A DNA stretch of 61,993 nt, counting the filler, from Dugesia japonica (lineage: Eukaryota), in NCBI GenBank assembly GCA_001938525.1. It is 6 parts of 6 records of this genome, joined end to end, with 100 filler letters (N's around TTAATTAATTAA, not from the genome) between each part and the next. Parts side by side here need not be neighbours in the genome. Positions count along the whole stretch, not along the records: positions 30,414 to 43,999 come from MQRL01634635.1; positions 44,100 to 53,152 come from MQRL01630533.1; 4 more parts are not named here. The stretch is one strand, 5' to 3'. Below, one piece after another: positions 37,363 to 47,300 of the stretch. Within the stretch, counting starts at the first letter, position 1; each line of letters begins with the position of its first letter. Under the pieces are notes generated by a model. That model was given only the letters and a program-made list of their open reading frames with translations, was not told the origin of the DNA and did not search any database. Made by a program: the position numbers and the translations under genes.

Positions 37363-38220
37363 ATGGGCCAGAATGAACAAAACCACTTAAATCAGGACCG
37401 TCGGAAAATCACCAATACAGCCACCATGATAAGGGACGATTGGATAAGGTTCCAAGAACGAGAACCAAAATGGAAAAACAAAACACAATTAAACATCAGT
37501 CATAACCCTTCAGATGTGGTTTGCACAAGTTTTAACGGCGGACCAGTATTGACCATTATGGTTAAAATCAACGGCCGACCCATAACAGCCCTATTGGACA
37601 CAGGAGCAACCATATCGTTGCTATCAATAGATGAAATTGCGATAACCGAATACAAAAACATACTACCCACGAACACTACAGCAGATGTGGCAAATGGTAG
37701 TAGCCTCAAAATGTTTAGAGAATTAGCCTGTGAAGTCGAATATCAGGATAACAGCATTAAACACAATATGATCATAGTGGAAATGATGGGACAGTGTATA
37801 CTGGGAACAGACATTCTTCCCGTCCTGATGAAAAACGGTATATTAAACTTCTCAACATTACGGTTACAATCATTGGAGGGGTATACCCATGTGAAAGATC
37901 ATGAAGTATTCACCACAGAAGAAATCCTGGTGCCTAGTAGATGTCAAAGATATTGTGTAGTTAGTACCAAAAGTGCCTATGAAGGAGATTGTTATTTCGA
38001 ACCATATGACGGATTTGCACAACAGTACGAGTTACCTACAGCAGGACGAATAACCACGGTCAACAAAAGTGGTGAAGTACCAGTTAGTTTAGTTAACTTC
38101 ACGGAAAAAGATATCACGATCAAACCAAACTCCAGAATGGGTACACTAACTCCCATCGAACCAGAGCCCGAAGTGATAGAGGAAGTAGCCGCTGAACCGG
38201 AAATCGACAGAACGTTTTAA
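37363..38220 (+). CDS. Retropepsin-like aspartic protease 2 + beta-rich spacer
   Basis: VKINGRPITALLDTGATISL (DTG at 37597), DVANGS flap and CILGTDIL. Confidence 0.92.
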   Translation: MGQNEQNHLNQDRRKITNTATMIRDDWIRFQEREPKWKNKTQLNISHNPSDVVCTSFNGGPVLTIMVKINGRPITALLDTGATISLLSIDEIAITEYKNILPTNTTADVANGSSLKMFRELACEVEYQDNSIKHNMIIVEMMGQCILGTDILPVLMKNGILNFSTLRLQSLEGYTHVKDHEVFTTEEILVPSRCQRYCVVSTKSAYEGDCYFEPYDGFAQQYELPTAGRITTVNKSGEVPVSLVNFTEKDITIKPNSRMGTLTPIEPEPEVIEEVAAEPEIDRTF

Positions 38221-38235
38221 GTAGAAACGGAAACT

Positions 38236-38880
38236 TTGTCGGAGGACCAGAAACAAGCAATACTGCAACTGCTGGAAGAATTCAGAGATATCTTTGCATG
38301 GACAGATGAGGAGTTGGGTATGTGCACAGCGACAATGCACACGATTCCGTTAACAGACGAAACCCCATGTAAACCGAAGCCATACGCCATGACAGTGGAG
38401 AAAAAGAGTTTGCAAATAAAGAAACAGCTAAATTAGTGAAAATCGGTGTAATAGAACCTAGCTGCTCACCATGCCAGTCACCAGTGGTGATAGTAGATAA
38501 AAAGGATGGGACACAGCGATTCTGCATTGATTACAGACGATTGAATGCTCAAACTAAGAAAGACGCATACCCATTGTCAGATATCAACGAATTATTGCAA
38601 TTACTGTGTAATGCTAAAATATTTACCACAATGGATTTGCGAAGCGGTTACTGGGAAATAAAAATCAAACCAGAAGATAGGGAGAAAACGGCCTTTTCCA
38701 CAGGCAAAGACTTATACCAATTTATCCGTATGCCATTCGGGTTTACTAATGCACCAGCCTCTTTCCAATGTATGATGAATTATGTGACTCACGGTATATC
38801 TCAATGTATGGCCCATATTGATGATCTACTAATCTATTCACAAACCTTTGAAGGGCGCCTAAATGAATCACGTTCATGGG
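38236..38880 (+). pseudogene. Ty3/gypsy reverse transcriptase (frameshifted, thumb truncated)
   Basis: RFCIDYRRLN, MDLRSGYWEI, KTAFST, RMPFGFTNAPASFQ and HIDD (YxDD variant). A 1-nt indel lies in the A-run at ~38401-38405. Confidence 0.95.
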
Positions 38881-40939
38881 GCAGAAATCATTACGATGGA
38901 ATAGAATGACCAAGTGGCAACTGGCAATGCAGGATTATTGCTCTCTGTTAAAGTTTAAAACGGGTAAAGCAAACTGGAATGCTGATTGCCTGTCCAGAAT
39001 CGGTGGACCAGAAAATACGGAGAACACACCAGAAAATACAGAAACGTTCACATTGCGAGAACTGTTGGAGAAAAAAGTGGAAATGGTATATTTCATACTA
39101 GCTGAAGATAAAAATTTTGATGGACTAAAGCAAGCCCAGGCTGATGATGATGAGATCAAGATCATTACGAAATACATGGAAACTTACAATTTAGAAAAAT
39201 TAGAATGTAACCCCAAAATGAAAGAGCATCTAAAGAAGAATGGCGGTAGGTATGCACTCACCAAGGGATGGTTGACAGCTCAGGACGGAGATAATACCGT
39301 ACTAGTCATCCCTAAAGCAAGACGGGATAAGCTACTTGAACAATATCACAATTGTGTATTAGGAGGACATATGTCCCACAAGAAAACCGAATCAAAATTA
39401 AGACAGAAATATTACTGGCCGCATNTGACAGAATCCGTGACGGAATGGATAGCTAAATGCCAAATACGTGCCGCCAGAAGAGGAACAGGCAAAAGAGTAA
39501 AAGCATTATTGAAACCAATCGCGGTACCAGCCACACCAATGGAAATCATCGCTATGGATGTAGTTGAACCATTACCACCAACGCTAAGCGGAAATATTTA
39601 CATACTTACCATAATGGATTATTTATCTAAATTCCCAGAAGCATTTCCAATGAAAAATCAAAAGGCCACAACTATAGCCGATATACTGGTACGAAAAGTT
39701 TTCAGCAGATACGGCACACCAAAGAAAATATTGACCGACCAAGGAAATAATTTTATGAGCAACATCTTAGAAGAGATATCGAGCTTCCTCAAAATTCACC
39801 AATTACGAGCCTCACCTTATCATCCTCAAACAGATGGGTTAACAGAACGATTTAATAAAACCCTGATCAATATGTTGTCCAGTAACGCTCAGAAGGAGCA
39901 AAACAACTGGGATAAACATATTCAGCTATGTCTATTCGCATATAGAATGAGTGTGCATCCTCCCACAAAATACACTTCGTTTGGTCTTATGTACGGTAGA
40001 GAATGTAACATGCCTATTGACTTGGAATTCCAACCACCGATAACACAGTATCAAGACGAAACGGATTTTGCTGCAAATTTCAAGGAGACCATGAAGAAGA
40101 TATGGAAACAAGCCAAGGAGAATGTAGGATTCTACCAGGAGCAACATTCCTTTAAAAAAGGCGACATGGTATTAATCAATTTACCAGACATTTGTGTCGG
40201 TACGACATCGAAATTAAAAAGACCATGGCAAAGATCTTATGAAGTAATCGAAGTAACAGAAACTAATCTCAAGGTTCGAAAGAAAGGGAACCTACTAGTG
40301 AAGCCAAAGATATACCACGCCAACTTGTGCAAAAAGGCAGCGATGACAGAAGAAGCTGCGCCGGCCACAAGCACCGAACCCACTGCGACGGAACATAGAG
40401 GGCCAGGTCGACCACGGAAGTCGGAAAGAATAGAATTAAATATATCACACAGCTATCCATTACAATCACAACAAGCCATTATGGTACTGAGAAAATCGTT
40501 AACAAATCCTTCACCACGGAGGAGTATGGAAACAATGTTACAGGAAAACTGTCTCAGCGAGGACGCTGAGTTTGAAGAAAACGGGGAACGGTTAATAACG
40601 GAAAAAACGAAAAAAGCAAAACAAGAAACGGGTCTACCTGCTGCAAATGCAGAAAGAACAGAAACAGAATTACAAAAGATAACTAGGGTAATAAAGATTC
40701 ATGTTTGTAGGCACGCAGTCAACCAAGAAAAAGCTAAGGAGGGTAGTACAATCATAAATACCTCACCAAGTATTTTGGGGATAAAACAAACAAGTAAAAT
40801 ACGTAGAATCAAACATGCATCGAGTAATATTCAATCCCAGCAAACACGTCAAAGTGCGTCGTTGATTTATAATAAAGAAATTGTTATGAAACAAAAGGCT
40901 AAAACATTATCTTTCAATTCAGGTAACCAAATGCGCTGA
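38876..40939 (+). CDS. RNase H C-terminal remnant + integrase + long basic C-terminal extension
   Basis: NADCLSR; zinc finger H-x6-H..C-x2-(C>R); DDE core AMDVV / LTDQG / GLTERFN; RPWQRSY (GPY-like); AT-hook RGPGRPRK at 40397-40420. Confidence 0.95.
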   Translation: MGQKSLRWNRMTKWQLAMQDYCSLLKFKTGKANWNADCLSRIGGPENTENTPENTETFTLRELLEKKVEMVYFILAEDKNFDGLKQAQADDDEIKIITKYMETYNLEKLECNPKMKEHLKKNGGRYALTKGWLTAQDGDNTVLVIPKARRDKLLEQYHNCVLGGHMSHKKTESKLRQKYYWPHXTESVTEWIAKCQIRAARRGTGKRVKALLKPIAVPATPMEIIAMDVVEPLPPTLSGNIYILTIMDYLSKFPEAFPMKNQKATTIADILVRKVFSRYGTPKKILTDQGNNFMSNILEEISSFLKIHQLRASPYHPQTDGLTERFNKTLINMLSSNAQKEQNNWDKHIQLCLFAYRMSVHPPTKYTSFGLMYGRECNMPIDLEFQPPITQYQDETDFAANFKETMKKIWKQAKENVGFYQEQHSFKKGDMVLINLPDICVGTTSKLKRPWQRSYEVIEVTETNLKVRKKGNLLVKPKIYHANLCKKAAMTEEAAPATSTEPTATEHRGPGRPRKSERIELNISHSYPLQSQQAIMVLRKSLTNPSPRRSMETMLQENCLSEDAEFEENGERLITEKTKKAKQETGLPAANAERTETELQKITRVIKIHVCRHAVNQEKAKEGSTIINTSPSILGIKQTSKIRRIKHASSNIQSQQTRQSASLIYNKEIVMKQKAKTLSFNSGNQMR

Positions 40940-40945
40940 CAACTT

Positions 40946-43351
40946 ATGATAGAGGCTATGAGTGCCACCACAATCTATCCAATCACATACCAAGGAATCC
41001 AAACACCTAGAACAAAGGAGAATTGTGTCCATATCAGAAAGATAACATGCCCACTTTCAGTAATTCAATTGAAAGGAAATTGTTCGCAATGTATAAAGAA
41101 GACGCAAATTATACTAAAAATCACTTTAAAGGCTATTTACGACCAGAAAACATGGTTAACAAGACGGGAAAATTGGTACAAAAAAGATTGTGAAGGGTCA
41201 CGAATCGAATTACCAATTGAAGCATCTATCCGGCAATCCACCCTTAAAAAGTTGTGTCTATCTTGTACCGAAGTATACAGCAAAGAATTGTTAGCATCCA
41301 TCCATCTATTTCATTATACATTAGTGCAATGGAACTGGATTAGATTATATGAACCTTTAGAAATTCAATTGCCATGGGGCATGATCCTAAGCAAATTAAC
41401 TTGGAAGAAATCGAAAGCAATCAATATCGCAAATCCTCATGAAGAATCAAAAAAACAAGGGAAATCGACGAGAGAAATATTCCAGGACCAAGGGGGTGGA
41501 ATGGAAGAAAGAGAAAAGCAATTAGTCAGAGCAACGCCCAGAAGGGGGAAGAAAAGGAAAATGACATGGATACAAGATGAGGGAGAACAAATAGAACCAA
41601 TAAAACCAAAAAAGGATATATTACAAAGAAGCGAGAATGGGATTACAATGGAAATAATAGTTAAAATATCTCTGTTGTTATGGGCAGTAATCAACACAAG
41701 TTGGGACTATGGCATATTAATTTGGCTGACAATGAGAGTTATCGGAAATATGGGAAGAGGACTCCCCATGTCAGTTATGCTTTATGGGATCACGGGAATA
41801 ATCCTCGTAGGGCTGTCGCTACCAACATTAGCAATGCAACAAGTACCAGTAACCTCTCAGAAAGAAGTTTCCAGTGGGCAAATTATACTAACAACTATAA
41901 TAATGATCATAAAGGGGATCAGAGGGCAGGAATGCCAGGTAAACGAACCAGTCCTAACAGAACACAGAGTATTCATCAAGGAAAAAAAGATACACGTCAA
42001 AACAATAAGTCGTACAGGATTACGGAGGGAACAGAAAACGCAAGCATTGTATAGTTACGGACAACTAATCCTAAAACCCGTAATAAAAAGTCAAAAAAGT
42101 ACCATGATCAAACTACACCAAGTAGCAGGGAAAATCATCATAGAATTCCTAAGCCAAGAACCAATAGACGGGAAACTATTAATGTTCGATACCGACAAGT
42201 GGCAGATAGAAAAAGTATGGGAAATAACATTGAAAAATTTAAATAATCCACTAATCTATGAAGCAAACAACGAATTCAAATTCTCACGAGAAATTAATTT
42301 TGTAATATATTATTCAGAAAATAACTTCAAGTACAAGGAATGGGTAACCAACGATACAGGAGATCCAATAACGAAAATATGTCCAAAAAACGAATATCTG
42401 TACCATACGATTATCTGGAAACACATGCAATATGAAACAGTATTATGGAACAAAAAGGGAAAAGAAATAGTACAAAAAAGCATAATAGTCATTCAAGGCA
42501 GAGAATTGTATTCCACAGTGAATCAGGAAATTGAGGGGTGGAAACCATACTGGCAACCAGGACCATATCCACTACAAGTAAAAAGAGTTAAAGGTGTGTA
42601 TTACATACGGTGTGTAGAAAAAGTGGAACAAGCCGTAATACATACGATTAAAGATCTCTACGAATGGGGATGGAAATTCACTAGTAAAGAGTATTGAAGG
42701 AGGGAAAAGTACCAGGAGATGAATATTGGAGAATTTGACAAGGATCTATGAGGATTTGAATTTATCACAATAATCAATCAGGATATAATAATCAAAACAA
42801 AAACAAAAGGAAAACAAAAGAGGACTACCAAAATGTCTACACACACGCCCAAATTATCAACTGCCACTAAAATACGGATAACCACCACAACAGAGAACCG
42901 TGAAAAGGAAGAAAAAAGAGCAAATTTTCTGAACAATTGGATGGCAAGCATACGCAAATTTCAACCAAGAAGAAATCAGATGGAAATAATAGAAAAATCC
43001 ACTGCAGAGCCCATGAGAACTACCACATTGCAACCAACAAGAGGCCATGAATTAGGATATGTGATAGGTATCGGAGGAGTTATTATTATGATGCTCATAA
43101 TAAGCATTATTTATTTACGTGTTTCAAAACCAAAGAAAAAGAAACACCACCGCAGCAAACGGGAGCGACAGTTACCATTCGACCCACCAAGTTATGAGAG
43201 AATTCCGCTAGGAAATACACCTCACGAATTACCAATGTACGTGCCCGGACACTACCAGGCACCGGGTATATTGGTGTGGTTAAATAAAAGGAAATTACTC
43301 GTAAATAGTGTAAATTATAAATTGAATATGTATATAGATAAAAAACAATAG
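40946..43351 (+). pseudogene. Unknown Cys-containing domain followed by a predicted type-I membrane protein (internal signal segments, ectodomain, Thr-rich stalk, TM, basic tail with PPSY)
   Basis: ORFs 40946-42697 and 42833-43351 are the same frame, separated by TGA at 42695 and 42749. Hydrophobic segments at ~41648-41925; TM LGYVIGIGGVIIMMLIISIIYL at ~43052-43117; PPSY at 43184-43195. Confidence 0.7.
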
Positions 43352-43999
43352 CGAGCTTAATCAATGTTTCACATTCAGGAATGAACCTCAAAGAAGCAAC
43401 AAACGAAAATGAAGTTATGGACTCCCAAACTGATTTAGCAACGAGCCCACCATTCACCAGAAATTCTCCACTAATAAATAATCTTATAAACAATATACCC
43501 CCACAAGCAACTATAAACGAAATCTGACAAAACCATAACGAGGAAATGAAAGAATTGTGGAATAGTGCTAAGACCCAAACACTATGGACCCAACAACGAT
43601 TAGAAGAAATGGAGCACCATCAAAATCAGTTAGTACAAACCTTAATAACAACGAAACCCTTAGATTGGTGCGAATCGGTATTCAAAAATAAAATCTTACA
43701 ACTATAAAATGAAAATCTCTATGCAGAAACCCTTATGTGTCGCCAACAACTAATAGAAAATCGTCGAATGTTGGAAATCGTTACAGAAAAAAAAATTATT
43801 CAATGGAGTTGGTAGCTAAACAACGCGACCAGATCTCTGATCAGTCGGAAAAACAAAAAAAAAGAAATTAGTGAACTCGCAAAGGTGGGAAATCGAGACA
43901 CTCAAGACCCGGAGTGCCCACACCCAAGTCAGCTTTGTCTAAAATCCAAGAGAGAGTGGAAGTTAAAAAAAAAAGAAATAAAATAGATAAAAATAAATA

Positions 44000-44099
44000 N
44001 NNNNNNNNNNNNNNNNNNNNNNNNNNNNNNNNNNNNNNNNNNNTTAATTAATTAANNNNNNNNNNNNNNNNNNNNNNNNNNNNNNNNNNNNNNNNNNNN
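44000..44099. other. Artificial contig-joining spacer
   Basis: N44-TTAATTAATTAA-N44. Confidence 0.95.
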
Positions 44100-45540
44100 A
44101 GAATTTGATTTTGATCTTCAATTTCGTAAAGGCATTGATCATGGTAATGCTGATGGATTATCAAGAATAGGAGGAAGTTTATGTGCCCAATGTTTGACGA
44201 CTCATCACGATGCAAAAGGTTAAAAATCTAGAGTTAGAAGAATTGATATTGTAGAAAGCTCAAGTTATGATAAAGAAAGTATCATAAAAATTCAAAATAG
44301 TGACCAAATTACCAAAGAGATAATTGAATATTTTAAAGATCAAAGCTTCCAAGTTAGTAAAAATTTAATTAAAAGTAAATACTTCAGAGATATTGATATA
44401 TTCGTTAGGGAAGAAGATATATTGCTGTTTCTTGATAAAAATTCGAAGGTAAACCAGTGGTTGATTTAATAAATTAAATTCATGAANNNNNNNNNNNNNN
44501 NNNNNNNNNNNNNNNNNNNNNNNNNNNNNNNNNNNNNNNNNNNNNNNNNNNNNNNNNNNNNNNNNNNNNNNNNNAAATGCCTAATTTGCAATCAAAGGAA
44601 AACATATACAGGCAAAACAAAAGAAATTTTATTATTTCGAACCGAATTTGGAGCATTAGAACAGATTGTCATTGATATAGCTTATTTTGATGAATTAAAG
44701 TTAAAGAAGTATGTTTTAGTCATTATAGATCGATCCAGCAAACTTGTTAGCCTGTCAGCCATGGGAAAACAAGACGAAAAATCTGTAGTTGAATCAATAA
44801 AAGAGAATTGGATATTTAGATTCAGCAAGCCCAAATTCATACTGACAGATANACTGGCAAGATATTNGAAGGAAAATTGGTNAAAGGAATGAATCAGAAA
44901 TTNGGAATTACCCAAGAATTTTCGTCTCCATACTAACATCAATCAAACGGATTGGCAGAAAGAACGATCAGGACTCTAGGTGATATGATTCTCACTACAA
45001 TAAAAATTGGATGTGAAGTTAGTTGGGATAAGCTATTACCTCGAATTCAATTTTCAATTAATGCAACCCAACAAAAGGCAACTGGAGTATCACCGTTTGA
45101 AATAATTTATGGAAGAAAAATTATGATTCATGGACCTTTACTAAATGATAATGCAGGCAGTGGAGAAGTTAGAGATTTAGTCGATAAAAATTTGAAAAAT
45201 GCGGCACTGAAATTAAATGAATATGAATCAGATAAAAGAGTACACCAGAATTTTATTGAAGGGGAAGAAGTTCTAGTAAAGGTAGAGCCTCACAACTTGA
45301 ATAAAAATGGATACAGATATGAAGGTCCTTTTGTAATATTAAAATTTTTAAGCCCACATCAAGTGCTTTTAAATTATTCTGGATTCCCCAGACCACGAAG
45401 GATCGAGCGGCTAAAAAAGCAGATGTTCAAAAAGATTTAAAAGGATGGATGTTAGATATAATATTCAAACATATTTGTTTAAATATTATTGATTTATTAT
45501 AATTTTAATAAAGTTTGAAAATGTCTACTTTTGAATTACA
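44100..45540 (+). mobile_element. 3' part of a Ty3/gypsy element: RNase H end, integrase, PPT and short LTR
   Basis: EFDFDLQFRKGIDHGNADGLSR; IDIAY / LTD / NGLAERT; YEGPF. Purine tract 45439-45449, then a TG...CA LTR-like segment at 45450-45540. Confidence 0.85.
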
Positions 45541-46389
45541 AAANNNNNNNNNNNNNNNNNNNNNNNNNNNNNNNNNNNNNNNNNNNNNNNNNNNNNCAAA
45601 TATCATAAAATTATTTTGTAATTATTAATAAATATGTAATATAAGTAATATTTATATATTTGAACTATGAATATTATATTTACTAGACAATTCATTTGTT
45701 TCACTAAATAACGATTATTTATTCAATATGCAAATATATTATGATAAAATTTTAAAACATTTACTACTGAAAAATCAGTCTATTTTTTGGGAAAATATAT
45801 CTTGATATAACGATAACCAGATGATTTAATTATCTATAAATTTCAGGAGAAAAATGTTTGAAAAGAAACAAAAATAGTTTTATTTCTTATGTATGAGATT
45901 CGAATTAAATATTTTATAATTAAAATTTCAAATCAACAAATTATATAAATAATCATTTGTTAAGACAGGAAATCTTTTAAAGAAATTTTCTTATTTTAAT
46001 GAATAAATAAATTTCTTGATTTTTGAAACAGAATATTTTTAATTCCGTATTTAAATATAACGAAATATAGATGAAAATTTTATTTCAGGATAAATATGAA
46101 GAATTACCAATAACACTTTAATTATTATTTTTATTTATTTATTTTTACTGATTAAATTTTTGCTGATTTTCATACTAAAAATGATTGGAATTTTTATAAA
46201 TTGTAAAAATTAATATGATTTATATTTAATTTTTTCTAATAAAAATTGTCTATGGCAGTAAATAATAAAATACATGTATATATTTTTACAATTACAATCA
46301 TTATGAGAATAATTGTTGAACTTAACCATTGATCATATTTGAGATTTTATTAAATTGAAAGCTTCGATAAAAATGATGTTTCTTTTTTA

Positions 46390-46732
46390 TATTTAAGGTT
46401 TAATGAATAAAGAACAATATCACCAAATATTAATTAGCAAATGGTACCTTCGGCAAAAAAAATTGTTACCCGATGGTAATTACATGTTTCAGGATGATAA
46501 TGATCCGAAACACAAAGCGAAAATTATTCAAGAATATTTAGGGAGGAAGAATATTACAACTTTATACTGGCCATCTCCAACTCAAGATTTAAATCCTATT
46601 GTAAACTATTCTATTGAAATATTTAAAATTATAGAAGTAAGAGGAAAAATTTACAAACAGATTTCCTCACTAATCTTGTTGGAAGTATGCCAAGCTGTGA
46701 TTGACAATGATGGATTACCACCGAAATATTGA
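46390..46732 (+). pseudogene. Tc1-like transposase C-terminal fragment
   Basis: FQDDNDPKHKAK and WPSPTQDLNPI motifs. Confidence 0.85.
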
Positions 46733-46899
46733 TTTTTAATAAATGATTTAATGATAAATGGATTTTAATAAATTGTTTCAAGTATTTTGTCTTTTTTGGA
46801 TAGTGTTCAGATTTTTAAATCTTCAAAGAATGTGTCATCTTTTAAAAGATAAGCAGTTCAAATACTTCAATTACCTATTCTTTATTTAAGAATATTTTA

Positions 46900-47300
46900 T
46901 TGCGTATTAAAAGTTCGAAATGTTTAAATAAGTGATTATCGATAGGAGACATATCAGGAGAATATGAAGGATGTTGCAAATTTTCATAATTTTAAATTAT
47001 GTGCTACTTGTGGATTGTAGCTTGAGAAGTGTGAGAACGTACATTATCGTGAAGAAAAATTGTGCCATTTCTATTCACTAGTCTGGGTTGCTACTTTTTC
47101 AAATTTTCATGCATATGATCAATATCCCTGACAACAGGATGTTACTCTTACAGTTTTTTCTTGTTGCAAAAAGAATAATAAATAACCCCCATTTGTAGAC
47201 CACCATACAGTGAACATCCACTATTTTAGTGTGCAAGAATGATTTTGGGTAGTGTTTCGGTGACCATTATATCAAACCATTGTCCTGCCCTCTTGATGTT
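46900..47300 (-). pseudogene. Mariner transposase remnant
   Basis: Minus strand gives LHDNVRSH and HPSYSPDMSPIDNHLFKHF. Confidence 0.7.

Larger units (their letters stand above)
35028..43999 (+). mobile_element. Large decayed envelope-bearing Ty3/gypsy-type retroelement (glycoprotein-PR-PR-RT-IN-membrane protein); 3' end cut by contig end
   Basis: Abrupt rise in GC and A-rich + strand starting near TGTTGGGGTTCC (35028). PR-RT-IN domain order. All long ORFs are collinear on +. Confidence 0.9.

Noticed and set aside
35221-43493. Short antisense and alternative-frame ORFs over the retroelement
   Set aside because: Shadows of the + strand coding frame; no motifs.
44100-45540. Second integrase and LTR as the 3' end of the 35-44 kb enveloped element
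   Set aside because: Separated by an artificial spacer; different base composition and a different integrase family.
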